From Octopus sinensis (lineage: Eukaryota), in assembly GCF_006345805.1 (NCBI RefSeq), contig NC_042999.1:31186001-31250000 (forward strand): a stretch of 64,000 nt of DNA, given 5' to 3'. Below the pieces are notes generated by a model that was not told the DNA's origin, did not search any database, and worked only from the letters and a program-made list of their open reading frames with translations. A program made the position numbers and the translations under genes. Positions 39,869-54,240 of the stretch are shown here, in pieces (within the stretch, counting starts at the first letter, position 1; each line of letters begins with the position of its first letter).

Positions 39869-40619
39869 AACTAACAATAACCGCACACCTCAGAAAAATA
39901 CAAATAATTATTATCACATTTCATTATTTCTAATTCCAATGTCTGCGGTTGTTGCATTTTAATTTTCTTGTTGTTGTTGCCCACGGTGGTATCATTAGTT
40001 TTCCATATCCACTTTATTATTATTAAAATGATCATCATGATCATCATGATCATCATCGTCATCATTATTATTGCGTTAAGTATTTATTTTTCTTACGTTT
40101 ATTATGAATAAAGCTGTTGATATTGTGAAGACATGAAAGGAAATCTCATGAACTTTTTAAAAGGTATTCAAATAAAGGCAGATAAAGACACCTCAAAATT
40201 TGCAAATAATGCCAACAGAAAGAACCAAAAATATGTAGATGTAACTTTCACAAAACGAAGAAAAATAAAAAAAAAAACAACTGATAAATGCTAAAACAAA
40301 TTTAAAACAAAGAACCAAAAATACATACAAAATATAGAAAAATACATTGAAATTTGAATATTGAATTATCAAATCCTATTCTAAATATTCAACTGATAAA
40401 TTCCATATAGTTATCAGAGCATGAGCTTTCTAATGCATTCTATCTTTTGTACAGAAACCATAAAGGTGACTGACGTTTTTGTGTGTCTGTATGTATGTCT
40501 GCAGAGCGTGTTCTCTATGTTTCTGTTCGTAAGTATATATATATATATATAATATATATATATTATATATATATATACCCATGTAAGTTTGTTCGATGGT
40601 ATATGCATACACACACACA

Positions 40620-40678
<59 letters not shown>

Positions 40679-41244
40679 ATAACCAGATTTGGCTTGATAG
40701 TTAAACATATGCATACATAAAAGTTTACGCAATATGATGTCTTTCTGCTTAGATCTCTAAAATTTCCACCATAACTTCTCGTCATCATCGTAGTCTGCCT
40801 TCTCTTATGCCTGGTCTCCCCCACATCCTCCTCTCCCTTCTCCTCCTCCTCCTTCTACTACTACACCACCAACGATACCACAAGCAAAATGGTGTCTGTA
40901 ATATGTAGAACTACGGTGACACTCCAGTCTTATTTCGTGCCAACAGCTCAAATGTCTTTACGCCTCAAAAACTTCGAAGAACGACCCCTGTTTGCAAAAA
41001 AAAAGGAGAGAAAAACAAAAGAGAAAGAAAACGTAATATAGAGATAGATAGAGCAGATACACACAACAACTCATTTTAAATTATTGCAGAATTAATGTTG
41101 AACATTTTCTATGATGAACAAAAAAATATAACATTAAATTTGGAGAGCAAGATATTTTTGATGGAAAGTGAGTTGTATACTGCATTTTTATCCGTGTTGC
41201 AATATTGCTCCTATCTTTTTTGAGCTTTTGATAGTTTAGTTGCT

Positions 41245-41303
41245 TTTGTATATATATATATATATTATGTGTGTGTGTGTGTGTATATATATGTATGTAT
41301 GTA

Positions 41304-41336
<33 letters not shown>

Positions 41337-41393
41337 AAATATATATATATATATGTGTGTGTGTATATATATATATATGTATATATGTATGTA

Positions 41394-41435
<42 letters not shown>

Positions 41436-41499
41436 TGTATGTATATATGTATGTATATAAATATATATATATATGTATATAAATATATATATATATATG

Positions 41500-41552
<53 letters not shown>

Positions 41553-41590
41553 ATATATATATATATATGTATGTATATATATATATATAT
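41245..41590. repeat. Complex (TA)n/(TATG)n field
   Basis: Read directly. Confidence 0.95.
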
Positions 41591-43009
41591 TCCTTTTAAG
41601 TTTTAGTTGCTCTTACATTAGTTATTTTTTTTACAGTAGCAGATATATGGCGTTTAGTATGTTGTTTATTTGTTTATTATTTTTTTTCTGTAGTACTATA
41701 TTTGTGAATTTAATGGTAAGTTGACGCAGTTCGATAGAGCATTGGAAAACTAAAAGCTACGCAATTTCTAATTTCATGCCTAACCTTTCAGTTTTCAAAT
41801 CCCGATAGAATTCATAAAAAAAGATATTTTATAAAATCATATTTTATTTATTTAATATGCACCCTTGTGTAAATGCGGACTATGTTTTGTTTTATAATAT
41901 TTACTGCTGCATTAGCTATAGCTTACATTACATATACAGTTTTCCTATTTTATATGCAGTTAATTCTTCTAGATTGAAATAGAATTGCCTTTTCTGTTAA
42001 CAAAAAAGCATTTGAAGAGTATTAGTCTTATGAAAATTAAATGAATTCTACTTCAGTTATGACCGTGAATATTTCAGTTGTTCGATCAAGTGAACTATCT
42101 ACGCATTGCAATGTTTGTATGTGGCTGAGTATTCCGCAGTTACGTGTACTTTTGATTTAAATGATAAAGCTGGTATAATTTACATCGTAACATCGTAGTT
42201 CCTAAACACGGGATGCACTATCGGAATTCTGAAATAAAATCATGAGGACATAATGCGTATTCGAATTTCACGTACAGACATTTCGACTGCTGTCCATACA
42301 CAAGTTCTCTCAGAACCGAATTCCCTGAAAAGATTAGGTTACTGGAATCAAATGTGAATCCACACGATTGAAATATGAAATTCTTGAGTACATGGCTATA
42401 TCTTACGATTATTTTTTAAATGCTTTTTTCTCTCACATTTACCTACATGCACATACAAGAAAAGTCAACTAATTCCATGAGTGTGAAGAGGAAAATACAT
42501 ATATTATTTCTTAGGTTAAAGAGTTCTTATAAAGTTAACAAGTAAAGCTTCTTAATTCTTTGCAATCACATCCATGTACACCTGAATTATATTATGGGAT
42601 AAACTATGAATGTTATTGTATATTAGGTTTTTCTATAGAAATAAGGAACGTCAGTAGTCTCAAACCGAACTAACCGGGATTTGTTCCAGTTATGTCTCCA
42701 GTAATATGGAAAACTATAATTATTCAACTTACAGAAATTTAAGGGCGGTCAATTCGAATTGCTGGTAGAAGGCTAGCGTGATATACGGGAGATGAATGAA
42801 ATGCATTTGCTCGTATTTCAGTAAGATAATCAATGAGATTTAGAATACCACCATCTCATCTGAAGATTCCCCACCAGCACCACTTCAGCCACTATCATAA
42901 TAGTGGAAGCATCAACTACAGTAGCAAAAACTAACATCTCAGAGAAGCGATTAGAATGTCGCTTCAATCCTTGTAACGTATGATGCTACTGTGCCAAAAT
43001 AAAACCATG

Positions 43010-43530
43010 AATGTTGCAACTTTTCAGCGATTTGTTTTGCGCTATGCATTTGATGAATTTATGTGTTTCAGGATGTTGTTCATTTCTAGATACCTAGTGA
43101 GCATAGGTAAATTTTGTACAATAGTGCTGTATGCCTCATTGTTTCTAGGGTTGTGCGTTGATATATATACGGCAGTATTTTGAGATGCGTTGTGGTGTTA
43201 CGTTTTGTTTCCCTTAGTGTTTTAATACCTAATTTCTTGGCATGCATAATTCCAACTATACGTGAGGGTGGATATCGTCTCAGAGTGATTTCTGAGGTCG
43301 TGAAGAGGTAGGGCCCGAGTATTTCCATCAGACACTATTCTGCTAATCATCTTTGCTAAAATTAAAGGGGATATTTCTTTAGATGTGCATCGCGTGGCAT
43401 GAGCTAATCAGAAGATATTGTTTCGAGTCCGGTGGCTTATGATAACTGTCAGTTACAATTTCGTTGTTGAATATTTTCATCATAGTATCTATGAAAGGAG
43501 GCTGTTCTTTGTTATATTCTGTTTTTCCCA
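43010..43530 (-). mobile_element. Penelope-like retroelement RT/thumb-linker fragment (decayed)
   Basis: Across stops and frameshifts: EYNKEQPPFIDTMMKIFNNEIVTDSYHKPPDSKQYLLISSCH...RNIPFN...RRYPPS...ILPYISTHNPRNNEAY. This matches PLE motifs (LPFLD, TDxYxKPTD, SCHP, LPYISTHNP). Confidence 0.85.
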
Positions 43531-46174
43531 TCTACCAGTGCAAAGAAACAATTTCTGTACAATACCGTTTTAATAAAGCAAATTTATTTATCGAAAAATA
43601 CAGAATACGCCTAAATATGAACGCATAGCAAACTTTGGTCTCAGTATATATTTCAATTCATGTTGACATGCACATCACTACAAATATTTCATCTTACTAC
43701 ATTAGCGTTTGCGTTTTTGTTTATTTATTTACCCCTTACCTCCAAAATAACCAATTACCTCCCTTGTCACGAATAGTAACGATCCCCGCTTATCTCTCCC
43801 ACCTTAGATTTTTAACCTGTTGATTCATTTAATTCAGAAACCACCATACATTACATGGACAAAAATCTCAAAAGAATACCAAATTATAATAATGTCATGA
43901 TTAGTGAATGTGAAACCGGTCGAAAAATAAATTACCTTTTCTCTCATGAGATATATTAAAATATATGAAAACTATGTAAATTCTGTGCACTTTTTTCATT
44001 TTATACATATTTTTGCATTACAACACACTATGTGGGTGTAATCAAGATTCTCTTCTCCCATTTTTCTTACTCTGTGTGTGTGTGCATGTAGATTATTGCA
44101 GTGAAATTCACGAAGGATCTGTCACGAATGTTCTTAGATTTTCAAGGTCATTCTATACGTGTCGGTCGGTGTGATATGCATTGGTACATTAAAGTAGAAA
44201 ATTATGTTCCAATTGAATACGCTGTTCTTAAATAAAATTTCCTTCACCCCAAAGGGCCAAACAGTCTCTGTTTCAGGCAAAGATATGATGATATCCGTTA
44301 GATGGCAATAGAGGACGTAATTGTATAAGTGGATCCTTCCATTTCTGTAAGCACTAGTAGCTATTTCTATCAGCTTCATGCGATGATATTAGACATGAGC
44401 AAAATTTGATGTGATATTAAGCTAGCAAATAGCTGTGGATTCATTTTGTTTTCAACACCTTTATGTTAATTATGACTTGTGCTTGCTAATATTACTTTTT
44501 CAAAAGCTTTAGAGGGAAAGTGCAGTGTCAGATGTCTTTTATGATTGTCCCATCAACTATCAATAAGAGGCTAGTAGAATGTCTCTTATTTTCGACCCGC
44601 CTTCAAGTTATAAATGTTTTACAAAAGGATGACATTCCAGCTTCCAGTCACATTGTTGTTGTATAGTCAAGAGGTCATTGCCCAATGTTTTTCAAGTTGA
44701 AAAGTTCTACTAGTTGCCATACGTTGAATTCCGCAACTCTGAAGTCATTCCTAAATCGGGAATTTTTATTTTGAACCAGTTCCAAGAGATGGAAATTGTT
44801 ATTCATTTTAGTGTTTTTCTACACCTCTGTAGTCACTACTACGAGTAATCTCAGAAACTATGTTTTTATATAGTTTGAACTCAGTGATAAGAAGTTATTC
44901 TGGTCCAAATATTGAAACACAAATATCGAATATTCAAACCATTTCACATTATCTCAAATTTACAACCACGTTGCACAAAAAATCACTTTTGAGTATGTGA
45001 ATTTACATTATCTCTTAAGATTTAAAAATTAGTGGAAGATTAGAGTTGGTGGATTGGTCACCAATTGCAGTTATTAAGTAATAACTGTCTAAAGCTCATA
45101 TGCTTTTTTTTAAATAGCCCCCCAAGATATGGCATTTTGCAATATTTCGTTAGCATCTTTCTTATATAAGCTTATTTTAAAGAATTGACCTTTAGTTTCC
45201 TAGGGAATTGTGATAGTGGGGATCAAGGAGACATACTTTCCACTGTCTGATATCGAACATATTTGCAATGATGGAACTCAAAAACTGAAGGAAATTCGAT
45301 TGTTTGAAAATGTTCGAAATTGTATAAAATTTTTAACGGCCATAAAATCTAACTGGTGACAGCTATGGAACTGAAATTGTCAGGTATTACTCTTCAGATA
45401 TATCTACTAACGAATGGAGTGGATTTGAAGAAAACATATGTAGCTTTGTGGTAGGATCTTATTGAATGTTATTGGAACGATGCATGGATATATCTCACTT
45501 TCTCTCTTTGTCTATTTATCATTATATAATTATTTTCTCTATCTGTCTTATCTATTTCATACTGCTTACTATATATATGTGTGCGCGTTGTGTGAGTTGT
45601 GTAACTTTGTACACATACAGACGCAAACACACATGCATATATATCTATATATGTATGTATGTATGCATCTATGTATGTATATCTGAGAAAAAGAAAAAAA
45701 TCTGTAAGAAATGCGATAAAAATAACGGAGAACATAAAACACAAAACCCACAGTGTATAAAGCAGTCTAGAAAAATCCTGATAATGTTAAAAAGATTTAT
45801 TCATGTTGGAATTGAGATGAAAAATTAACAATATATAAATATATAGCGAAATATAAATGCAAAAAAATGGTGAACGGAAAATATAGCTTAACATATATGA
45901 GAGCCATGCACCAGTGGAAATGCGTTGTGGGATTTACTCAAGAGAATTTATATTCTCATTGAGAAACTTACTTTGTGCATAACAGACATGGTTGAGAGGA
46001 TTACATTTGACATGAAATACATGTTCATGAATATTGATGACTGTGACATCAATACGAAATATAGGTGTGAACTTTTCAAAATTTTCAATTTTATGTATGT
46101 CCACAGATCACCGAGTTTGGTGTATGTAGCAAGACACGCAAACAACTCATACACACAGGCATACACACGCAGAC

Positions 46175-46306
46175 AAATATATATATATATAAAAAATATA
46201 TATATATACATAAATATATATATATACGTGTATATATATATATATACATACATATATACATATATATATATACATGTATACATACATATCTATATATATA
46301 CATACT

Positions 46307-46338
<32 letters not shown>

Positions 46339-46562
46339 GATAGATACATATATATATGCATATATATATATATACATATATATACATATATATATACACA
46401 TATATATATATGTATACATACATATATATATAGATACACATATATATATACGTATATATATATACATATATATACATAAATACATATATATATGTGTGTA
46501 TGTATATATGCATATCTATCTGCATATTCATCTACGGTTACAAGCACACACACACATTGTAT

Positions 46563-46618
<56 letters not shown>
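46175..46618. repeat. Complex (TA)n/(TACA)n field
   Basis: Read directly. Confidence 0.95.
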
Positions 46619-46620
<2 letters not shown>

Positions 46621-46958
46621 GTAAACAAATCATGACGACAAATAACATCATGTAGGTTGTATTATTGGTGTTGGTAGACTGTCCTACATAGATTTGAAAA
46701 TAAATAATGTGAACGGGTACGTGGGTAGGAAATAATTCTGCTAATCTGAAGAACAAGCAAGATTTATAGGATGCAGGCAATAGGTTTTTGAAAAACTTGT
46801 ATGCTCTTAATTTCAAAATAATAAATGATATTTAAATAAATAATACGTATATCTCTCTATATTGCCTTTTACTGTTTTTATCCATCTTAACCTACGCCAC
46901 CACAATTACATATTTTCAAAGACAATGAAACAATGTGGAAGAGAAAAGCTATCATTTC

Positions 46959-47305
46959 CATTATTTCCATTATTTACTTTTGACGGATATGTGTCCCCAT
47001 CTTGCTAGTTGTTAACACAACGTTTCGGCTGATACACCCTCCAGCCTTCATCATGTGTCTTGGGGAAATTACGAACCTGGTTCACATTCCTAAGGTATTT
47101 TTCGATGTCGTCATTATTATTATTATTAGTAGTAGTAGTAGTATTAGTATTCCCGCGGGCATATGGCGTAGTGGCTAAGAGCGTGGGCTACTAATCCCAA
47201 GATTACCAGTTCGATTCCAAACAGAGATCTGGATAATATTAATGATGATAATAATAATTATAATAAGAATAATGATAATAATAATAATAATAATAATTAT
47301 TATTA

Positions 47306-47340
<35 letters not shown>

Positions 47341-47479
47341 ACAACAACATTGAAAAATACGTTAGGTTCGAAATTTCCCCAACATACCTGATTAAACCTG
47401 GAGGGATATCAGCCGAAACGTTGTGTTAACAACAAAGACGGTGACAAATATCCCTCAAATGTAAATAATGTAAATAATG
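46959..47479. mobile_element. Inverted pair of Penelope-type terminal repeats, each with a minimal HHR
   Basis: Arms about 46959-47115 and 47340-47479 are reverse complements. The left arm (minus) reads GACAC-ATGATGA-A-GGCTG-loop-CAGCC-GAAAC-GTT-GTGTT. Confidence 0.7.
47157..47232 (+). mobile_element. Short tRNA-derived SINE with an (AAT)n tail
   Basis: A box tggcgtagtgg, B box agttcgattcc; no complete cloverleaf. Confidence 0.7.
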
Positions 47480-47797
47480 TCTTAAATATAGACTTGTAAG
47501 ACACAAACTATTATGTCCACCATAATGAGCAAACTCGTAACGCCTTAATGATTCACAACAGCAACAATAATAGTGTTACCTAGATATACAAATTTATGTA
47601 GATTAAAAGATAATGATATAAGATCATGTGGTACTCTGTTGTATTTGAAAAGTTGGGTGACATGGTTTTGATAATAGGTAACGAGGATTGATTTCAAAAT
47701 AGAGACAACAACGTAATTAAGAAAATATGTCTACCATCATCAATAATACAACCCACAAACACTATCTCAATCACTACCATCACTGAAAGTAATATAA

Positions 47798-47984
47798 CAT
47801 ATTTCTTTACTACCCACAAGGGGCTAAACACAGAGGTGACAAACAAGGACATACATAGGTATTAAGTCGATTATATCGACTGCAGTGCGTAACTGGTAGT
47901 TGATTTATCGATCCCGAAAGGAATAAAGGCAAAGTCGACCTCCTCTACGCATTTCGCCCGGCGCGCTAACGTTTCTGCCACCTC
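47798..47984 (-). mobile_element. SINE family A with internal deletion
   Basis: Aligns with the other family A copies. Confidence 0.88.
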
Positions 47985-48123
47985 AATCAAAATCACCACT
48001 TCTAACATCCCTTTTGTATAATCAATAAGTAACAACAATAACAGTTAGCTATCTCTGCAGCTATACGTGCTTTATGTCAAAGCAGTGGTATGTGTAGGCG
48101 TGTGTCGGTACGTGTGTCGGTAC

Positions 48124-48353
48124 GGCGAGCTGGCAGAATCGTTAGCACGCCGGGCGAAATGCTCAGCGGTATTTCGTCTGCCGCTACGTTCTGAGTTCAA
48201 ATTCCGCCGAGGTCGACTTTGCCTGTCATCCTTTCGGGGTCTATAAATTAAGTACCAGTTACTTACTGGGGGTCTATATAATCGACTTAATCCGTTTGTC
48301 TGTCCTTGTTCGCTCTCTCAGTGTTTAGCCCCTTGTGGATAGTAAAGAAACAG
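48124..48353 (+). mobile_element. SINE family A, full length
   Basis: Aligns with 2032-2262. Confidence 0.9.
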
Positions 48354-49872
48354 GTACGTGGATGCGAGCGCTGTGAATGTGCTTGTGTGAGCAGATTGTG
48401 GAGCTGCTATGGCTCAAGTCAGAGACGATGCACAATAAATATCAAAGAATGTGGGATAAAATCTTGACCTTTTAATTAGATGTTGAGGGTGATAAACTAT
48501 AAACATTGTTTCCTCATGTTTCAAGTAAATCTCATTCCATTATTACTATCACTCATGTCATAGTCGAATACATAACAGCTCCCGTAAATACAAGATAGGT
48601 CACTTATATGGACTCAAAAATCCGAATGCTGTCCATGGGACGCAAACATGGGTTTTTTTCAGCCCAGAGTTTACATGCTGTAATTTATAGTTTTACGTGT
48701 TATGACTCGAAAGTAAATATTTCCCAAAAAGCTATGTATAATAAGAGAGAAAGAAGGAAAGGGAGAGAGATTGAGAGAGAAAGAGGGAGAAATAGAAAGA
48801 GACAGACATAAGGCAAAGACAAACGCACACACACATCGAGAGTCATATTTGATCATGGGTATTTCGCATCAATATACAGATTGATGTAAAATCTTGTAAT
48901 TATGAGTCTTTGCACACACACACACACACAACACACACAGTCATATGTGCATGTGCGCGTGTGTTTAGGTGTGTGTGAGTGCGTGTGTAGGTATGTGTGT
49001 GTGTGTGTGTGTGTTAGTGTGTGTGTTTGTGTGTGTTTGTGTGTGTGAATTACTTGTATCTCTGTTCATATAAAGATGCAAATCAATCCGCCGTATCGAA
49101 ACATACGGAAACACCATTTACATTTGCTAGCATGATTCGTATGTTAACTGACTAGTAGAAGTTAAAATCATTAGTTATAGGAATCCAGCAGGAAATGGTC
49201 ATCCTTTTCAGCGAAAATGTGTATCTAACCATACAAGAGTAGAGAGCTTTTAAGGAAGTCCTAAAGTGTCACTACGATGGGGAGATTTTTAATATTTGCT
49301 TTCACTATCTTCTCGATTCATAATTAGACGGACAGAATTTGGCACCTGTACATGTAAATTTGTAACATATATTTTTACAAATAATCATTAGACTATCTGT
49401 ATATATAAATAATACATGTGAAAACTTGGTCTTCTGACATGTTAAATGTAATCATTTTTTCTACCTATACATTGATAAAAACTGCAGCGTATACGATTAA
49501 GTACCGGGTAATCTATAAGTTTTATTTCGAATGATTTCAGTATAATAAACCGAGGGAAGTTATTTAGTTTAATGTCCCTCAATTTATAATGGCAGAGGAC
49601 CTTTCGTCTACATATACACGCATTAATAAATGACAAGGTAACAAGAAATTATTCCATGTCCCCCTCCCCTAAATTTAAAGCAGATACTGGTATAAGATGT
49701 TAGGGACCCATATGTTAGTGCTTATTTTTCATCCTATAGATTCCTCAGAGCTTTGTTCCCGTGTCATTTATTTAATTTCCTAAAACCTATGCATATTTAT
49801 TGTTAGCACCGTGTTGTCTCTCGCTCTCTGTCTCTATCTACCTCTACACACACACACAAACATACGTATATA

Positions 49873-49967
<95 letters not shown>

Positions 49968-50120
49968 GCTACAGCAATGAAAATCAAATTTACTAATGTT
50001 TTAGGAGTAACCAGATTTGAAGTTACTTAAGTAATGATTGTTATTCGCACACCATTGATGGGATAATTGAAGGAATCGACAGAAATCATCAATACAAAAC
50101 AAACAAGCAACAAACACAGT

Positions 50121-50159
<39 letters not shown>

Positions 50160-50309
50160 GGGGATTTTGGCTTTATAATCTTAAGTCCATATTAGCAATA
50201 AATACGGAATTCTCCCTGCGATAGCTTATGTAAACAAAGAGAGAAATTGTCATTAGGTTTTTATTCATATCTACTACGGTATTATCCTTCCGAGAAAATA
50301 ATAAATATA

Positions 50310-50910
50310 GCAAATTATTACGCAAAACACAGTACCTGAGTGACTTAGTGGCATGTAATCAAGCAATAAGTGAGTCACTAACAAAAACACTACACGTATC
50401 CGATGCTGAGAAACACATACCAGAGTATGTTGTGTTACAAACTGACAGGAGAGAAAGGATTCATGGTGGAGTGGCAATGTATATCCAGACAGATGATACA
50501 CTTCTGCTTCTTCTGTTACATTTAAACAGTCTGTGATACTCTGCTGGTACACAATAAACAGATGTAACTAGTAATACGCACCATGTATCGCCCACCACGT
50601 TCTTCAAATCATGGAGATGAATTTGAGAAAAATCCACCAAAAAATGAAAGAAGTATTAACCGACCTGGATGACAGCCTGCACAAACTTCTTTTAGTATAT
50701 TTCAAACAGCCCTATGTCAAATGGTCTGTGGGCCTCATTCTCTCATCTATATCACTGCGTGGCGTGGAACATGCAGAATCTTTGCTTGATTTCACTAACA
50801 TACTGTTTATGGAGAAATAGTGCTCCACCCAACAAGGGGAAAATATTCTGGACCTCTGTTTCACAAACAACACGGCACTCATTCATAATGTTGGGGATGA
50901 CTCCGACGAT
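50310..50910 (+). mobile_element. LINE AP-endonuclease fragment
   Basis: AISESL...SDAEKHIPEYVVLQTDRRERIHGGVAMYI, then MYRPP, then ENILDLCFTNN, with frameshifts. Confidence 0.85.
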
Positions 50911-52339
50911 TTTCTCGAACGGCGTGAATTTTCCCAAACATTTTTCTCTACCCCCTTGGAGAAATTTTCGTAAATCCCTGTATACTCTGAAGCCACCACA
51001 TCTAAGTGGTATTTGTAGAAAAGGTATTTAAAACGTATCTATATTCTGGATTTTAGGTGGCAACAAAGTCGGGTGCGTATACATCTATAGTTATGCCCTT
51101 TTATTTATTCGATTTATTCCTTTCATGTTCATTTCATTCATTGTTTGCAATGTTCTCTCTCCCCCATCCCCCTCTCTCTCTCCCATACACACACTGCAAA
51201 TCTTACAGATGGGCTGTTGAATTGAAATCTCTATGTTGCTTTGAGGGGAAGGAAAAACTTAAAGTGTCTCCCCTTCCGTAGTTCGACTACCTCGATGTTT
51301 GTTTAAAAAAGATAAATTATTACTGTAAGAGAATAAAGAAAGCAATATTTACTAAGAAAGTGACATTGTTATACAAAGAAATAATTAGGCGTAAAATATG
51401 ATAAAAATTATCAGAATTGCGAATCAAATGTGAAGATATTATCAAGATGGTAGCAGATCAGCTGGTATTAATAATAAGATTTGTTACAAGCGGTCTTTCT
51501 ATATTATTGTTGTCTGTAATGTAGAATAGATACACCGATTGACAGTAATATTGTGTAATGTACGTGCACAATATTTTAAAATTATGGGTTTCTCATATGT
51601 GAGGTACATAAACTGTAATTACTTTGTACACATATGTGATACAAAATACTAAACAGTGTTATCTGAGGTATATACACAACTGAGGCCTATACACAAAATC
51701 TGTTTGCCGCCTGTTAAATGAGGTACAAGTATATTCTTGAGGAATGTTACGTGAATTACTTCCACATTAATGTTGTTTGTATTTTGTAATATGTAGATAT
51801 TGTTAATGTTAGAGTTTTGTGATACATTTACAACGTAGGAGTGCGTTGTGTGTGATAACTAAAGAATGCCAAGATCTGTTGCATGTAGGATATACGCAGC
51901 TCAAACCATTAGAGCGCAATAAATTTTATGGAATCTTGATATATATTGTCCTCATATTCATGCAACGTATCGGCTTTCCGCCGATCGATAGTAGTAAGCG
52001 ATATTAATTATGATGCGAAATCGGATATAACGGTGTACATCAAAGCTAGAGGTAGAGCTGACTGAGTCAGTGTTTGCTTTCCGTTGTTATATATTTTATC
52101 GATGGCAGAAGAATTAAAGGTAGGCTGCACATCAGTGGAATTTTAAAGGGGAATAAAAGAGGAACTAAATACCACAAGCCTCTTTGTGTAATACAGAAGC
52201 GAATAAATACGAGACGTTAGACAGACTTCGTTTAATCAATCCATCATCTGTCACAGAAGTTGTAATCCAACTCTAAACAAACTAGTGTTTCGCATCGATA
52301 TATTGTCAATTACTTGGGTTAATCAATCCCACATCAAAT

Positions 52340-52780
52340 CCGATGATCTTAAGAAGAAAACAGTTCTGTAATTTTTGACTGTGGAAGAAAAGATAGAAAA
52401 GAATAGTAAAAAATGTGGTAAAATCTGTGGTCTGAAAAGACAAGGGCAATAATTTTGACCGAACTTACAGTCCCGTAGTAAGAAGGGTGTGATCCGGTGC
52501 ACGAATTGAAGCGTACCAAGTATGAGATCATTTTGCAGGATTGCAGAGAGAAGTTGGCTGTAGGTGATCCCCAACCAGTCAGTATGGAAGATGTTTACAT
52601 TTAATGGAGTGTGGGGAAGACAGCGATGGGTAGCCGTGTGCAGGATGGGACAAGCAGCATTTTACTAGAGGAGTTTTTTTACTAGAGAACAGTTGAACTA
52701 GAAGCCAAGAAGAGATGGTGAGTAGTGATTTGATCATGTCTGCTGGCCCACCAACAGGAGTATGTCACTGTTCAGAGCCG
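52340..52780 (-). mobile_element. Highly decayed LINE endonuclease fragment
   Basis: Minus strand shows YSPSL, NVxxFHTDWLG, NDL, SHPSYYGTVSS and SDH in the APE motif order. Confidence 0.55.
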
Positions 52781-54195
52781 AAGCACCCAGTGATCCTTAG
52801 ATACCGTCTGATGATATTAGCTTCTCCTCGACAAAGATCCATTCACTTTGGTGAGTGTAAAACAGCACCTTCTTCTAGGTATAATCAATGACATTGAATA
52901 ACTATCGTATATGATCTTTTAAAAGTGCTCTGACTCCGAAATAGGGAATTGTGATGTCGGTTGAATTCAGACTGGAAGAGATCATTATTCATTGCCGTAT
53001 GATAACCAACTCAACATAAATGCTCATAACTAAATGTAAATTCTTGTTATGGGGTTGGGTACATTTAACGTTTCGGAAATTAGACAATAATTATATACTT
53101 ATATGTTTGTGGATATAGCTATTGGGGGAGATGTGTGAAGAGTGGTAACAGAGGATATTTCCGCGCATAAACAAAATTTATAAAATATTTTGTAAACGAG
53201 AATTGTATTTCCTCTATGATATACCCAATATTTATTCCATGGATACCAGTGAAGAGTAAACTCAGCCCCTGAGGGCTTTTGAATTGATAACGTTAAGTGA
53301 TGCATTTAAATAACACAATAGATTTTGTACTACAGCACATAATTTGTTAGCAAATCATTACAGTTTAATTTACAAATTAATTATATTTTTAATCAATTAA
53401 TTACATCGAATCCTATATTCGGAAAACAATATTTCGCTATTCGTAGTCACAATATAGTTAATTATCATCAAGACATCTGAGTGCATTAAATTACAGAACG
53501 ATTATCGCTACATCTTTAGAATTAAAATAAAAAGAAATTATATATACAAAATATACACAAATGCACACGCACACACACATACACGTCACAAATACACGCA
53601 CAAGAGAGAGAGAAAGACAGAGAGAGACAGAGAGATAAAAACGGAAAAAGACCCACGCACAGACTAAGAAAGAAAAAGCAATGTTTTGTATAATAATAGA
53701 AAGCAATATCCAATTAGTATGTTTCAAAGACAGGCAAAATGAGAAAAAGCTCAAAGAGTTCCATTTATTCTACTTGAACATGTCTTTTCGATGGGAGGTA
53801 ATCAAATGATACTTCGAAGGCATTATTGCAAATCTACTTGAAGATATATAACTACCCAAAAGCATGTTAATTTCTAAAGCAGAATAAAACAATAACGTTG
53901 AGAAATAAGACACTTGCTGCAGACATACGAGGAAAATGGTAAAGATGCGTTGTAATAAAAGACAAATGGAAATTAGAAAATTGAGAAAGGGAATAGAAAT
54001 AATGAGTTGAGGAAGGGGAATAACATCTTATTCATATTTATTAATATATAAAACGCCTGTAACAACTTCACTGTACTAAAGTTGATCTTAAACTAAAAAC
54101 TAAAATCAAAACTTTCGTTGCTTTGGAAATCATATACAAATATAATACATACATACATGCTTACACGCACGCATCATACATGCAATTTTGTGTGT

Positions 54196-54240
<45 letters not shown>

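Noticed and set aside
42260-42763. Two minus-strand exon-like pieces giving QFELTALKFL-EFGSER
   Set aside because: Only superficially like YLxxFGY; the following residues do not fit an MMP.
47157-47232. Possible tRNA gene
   Set aside because: No acceptor stem closure and an (AAT)n tail follows; it is a SINE head.
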